Source: Octopus sinensis
Taxonomy: Eukaryota
Assembly (NCBI RefSeq): GCF_006345805.1
Contig: NW_021834783.1
Location: forward strand, 1 to 64,000
Direction: 5' to 3'
DNA length: 64,000 bases
Notes under the pieces: model-generated
Told to the model about the DNA's origin: nothing
Seen by the model: only the letters and a program-made list of their open reading frames with translations
The model's database searches: none
Made by a program: the position numbers and the translations under genes
Shown here: piece after piece, positions 62,371 through 64,000 of the stretch
Position numbering within the stretch: the first letter of the stretch is position 1
Layout: each line of letters opens with the position of its first letter

Positions 62371-63504
62371 TTAAAAGCAACTCTAAGTAATGTAACCATT
62401 ATCAATCACCTGTGGAATGGCATCCAGGAAAAGCTCCCAATTAAAGAACACCTGAATGTCACACGTAGCTTGGTCTGTGATGTTCAGGGGTTCTTTAACC
62501 CTCAGCATTGTTCAGGGAGCTTTCCCCAGACGCTATCCCGCAGCAAATTTGGTGTATAAACAAAGCACATTACACTATGTATGCGTGACTGATAATAATA
62601 CCATTGTTAATAACTTACATATTAGATACTGCTCTGACGAGCCATTCATCAACACCTTGTTACCTTAGCGACCACCCAATCTGGTACCCTGCCCAATTGA
62701 CAGTACCATCCACATGTAATCTGGTGGTAACTAAGGAAACTAGAGATTAACAAATGGCTTTTGAGAGGTAAAAAGAAGGGCAGAGAACTGATGTATAACA
62801 ATTTCTATAAGTTAGATTCAATCAGTTTAGATAAAATTATTTTTTTAATGCTGCTTTTTGGATTTGGATTAGTTGTTGCTTTGGCATATCAGTTTAATTA
62901 CCCAATTATTAATCTTAATTACGAGAGATTTTAGCCTCTGTTTAATTTACATATATTTTAATCCATAACTTTTAAGATCTGTCGCTAACATTTTAGACTT
63001 TGGTTGAAGTTTGCTTTTCACTGAAACCCCCCCCCCCCCGCTTAATATTTTCCCCAATGCCTTTTGTGATTGTAAAGATATTTTGTTTACCTGTGTAAAT
63101 TTTGTAAATATATACATATGTATATAACTATGTCGAACTTTTAAACGAGTAAACAGGAGAAATTAATAATTATGAATGACACTATACAGCAAATAATTTA
63201 TAATTTTTGTATATAGACACAGATTTAAAGGAAGATAGGCTCCTGAACCCAAAGTGAATGAGAGAGAGAAAGCAATGTATCCCATAACCAGACGATCATT
63301 TCATATATAAGGAACTGAACTCAGGAGGTACTCAAGCCTGGGGTTGCATGTTCCCTCTCGTTCACTTATAAATTGTACATTTATTTGCTATACAGTTTTC
63401 CCATAATTATTTAAAGACTGCAAGTTGAAAGGTTCGTCCTTGACCCTGTTTATACCAACTTGCTTGAAACTGCTCTTGATCCACTTGGTACAATGTTCCC
63501 GTTT

Positions 63505-64000
63505 AAGGCGGCGAGCTGGCAGAAACGTTAGCACGCCGGGTGAAATGCTTAGCAGTATTTCGTCTGCCATTACGTTATAAGTTCAAATTCCGCCGAGGTC
63601 AACTTTACCTTTCATCCTTTCGGAGTCAATAAATTAAGTACCAGTTACGCACTGGGGTTGATATAATCGACTTAATCCGTTTGTCTGTCCTTGTTTGTCC
63701 CCTCTGTGTTTAGCCCTTTGTGGGTAGTAAAGAAATAAGTATTTCGTCTGCCGTTACATTCTGAGTTCAAATTCTGCCGAGGTCGACTTTGCCTTTCATC
63801 CTTTTGGGGTCGATTAAATAAGTACCAGTTACGCACTGGGGTTGATATAATCGACTTAATCCGTTTGTCCTCTCTCTGTTTAGCCCCTTGTGGGTAGTAA
63901 AGAAATAGGTATTTCGTTTGCCGTTACGTCCTGAGTTCAAATTCCGCCGAGGTCGACTTTGCCTTTCATCCTTTCATGGTCGATAAATTAAGTACCAGTT
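63505..64000 (+). mobile_element. OK-like SINE head-to-tail array of at least three units, running off the window end
   Basis: Junctions at GTATT 63739-63743 and GGTATT 63908-63913. Confidence 0.92.

Overview
This is AT-rich, repeat-dense animal genomic DNA. It is most likely Octopus, inferred from tRNA-headed SINEs resembling the octopus OK/OR families, RTE/CR1 LINE remnants and long (TA)n/(CA)n tracts; the species cannot be fixed from the sequence alone. Two spliced + strand genes can be rebuilt with GT-AG introns and continuous reading frames. The first is a GMEB-family SAND/KDWK transcription factor (6 coding exons, 11741-26109, 414 aa from the first visible ATG; upstream exons possible). 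The second is nucleoporin NUP35/Nup53 (10 coding exons, 44288-62181, 352 aa). The remainder is transposon material: SINEs, RTE and CR1 LINE pieces, Penelope-like remnants, Tc1/mariner, hAT, piggyBac-like, Merlin-type and Helitron elements. I found no rRNA, true tRNA gene or CRISPR array. The most interesting signals are: (1) several hammerhead-ribozyme-like motifs tied to Penelope-like fragments and fold-back structures; (2) a SINE family that repeatedly inserts or joins at a GGTATT site inside its own head, building multimers; (3) an inverted duplication of an ACGT/CpG-rich block with a clean exon at the GMEB 5' end; (4) SINE-LINE tail sharing and a Merlin transposase remnant with matching MITEs; (5) a pre-miRNA-like hairpin just after NUP35. 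All motifs, coordinates and translations were read by eye, and family assignments come from recalled consensus motifs, not database searches.
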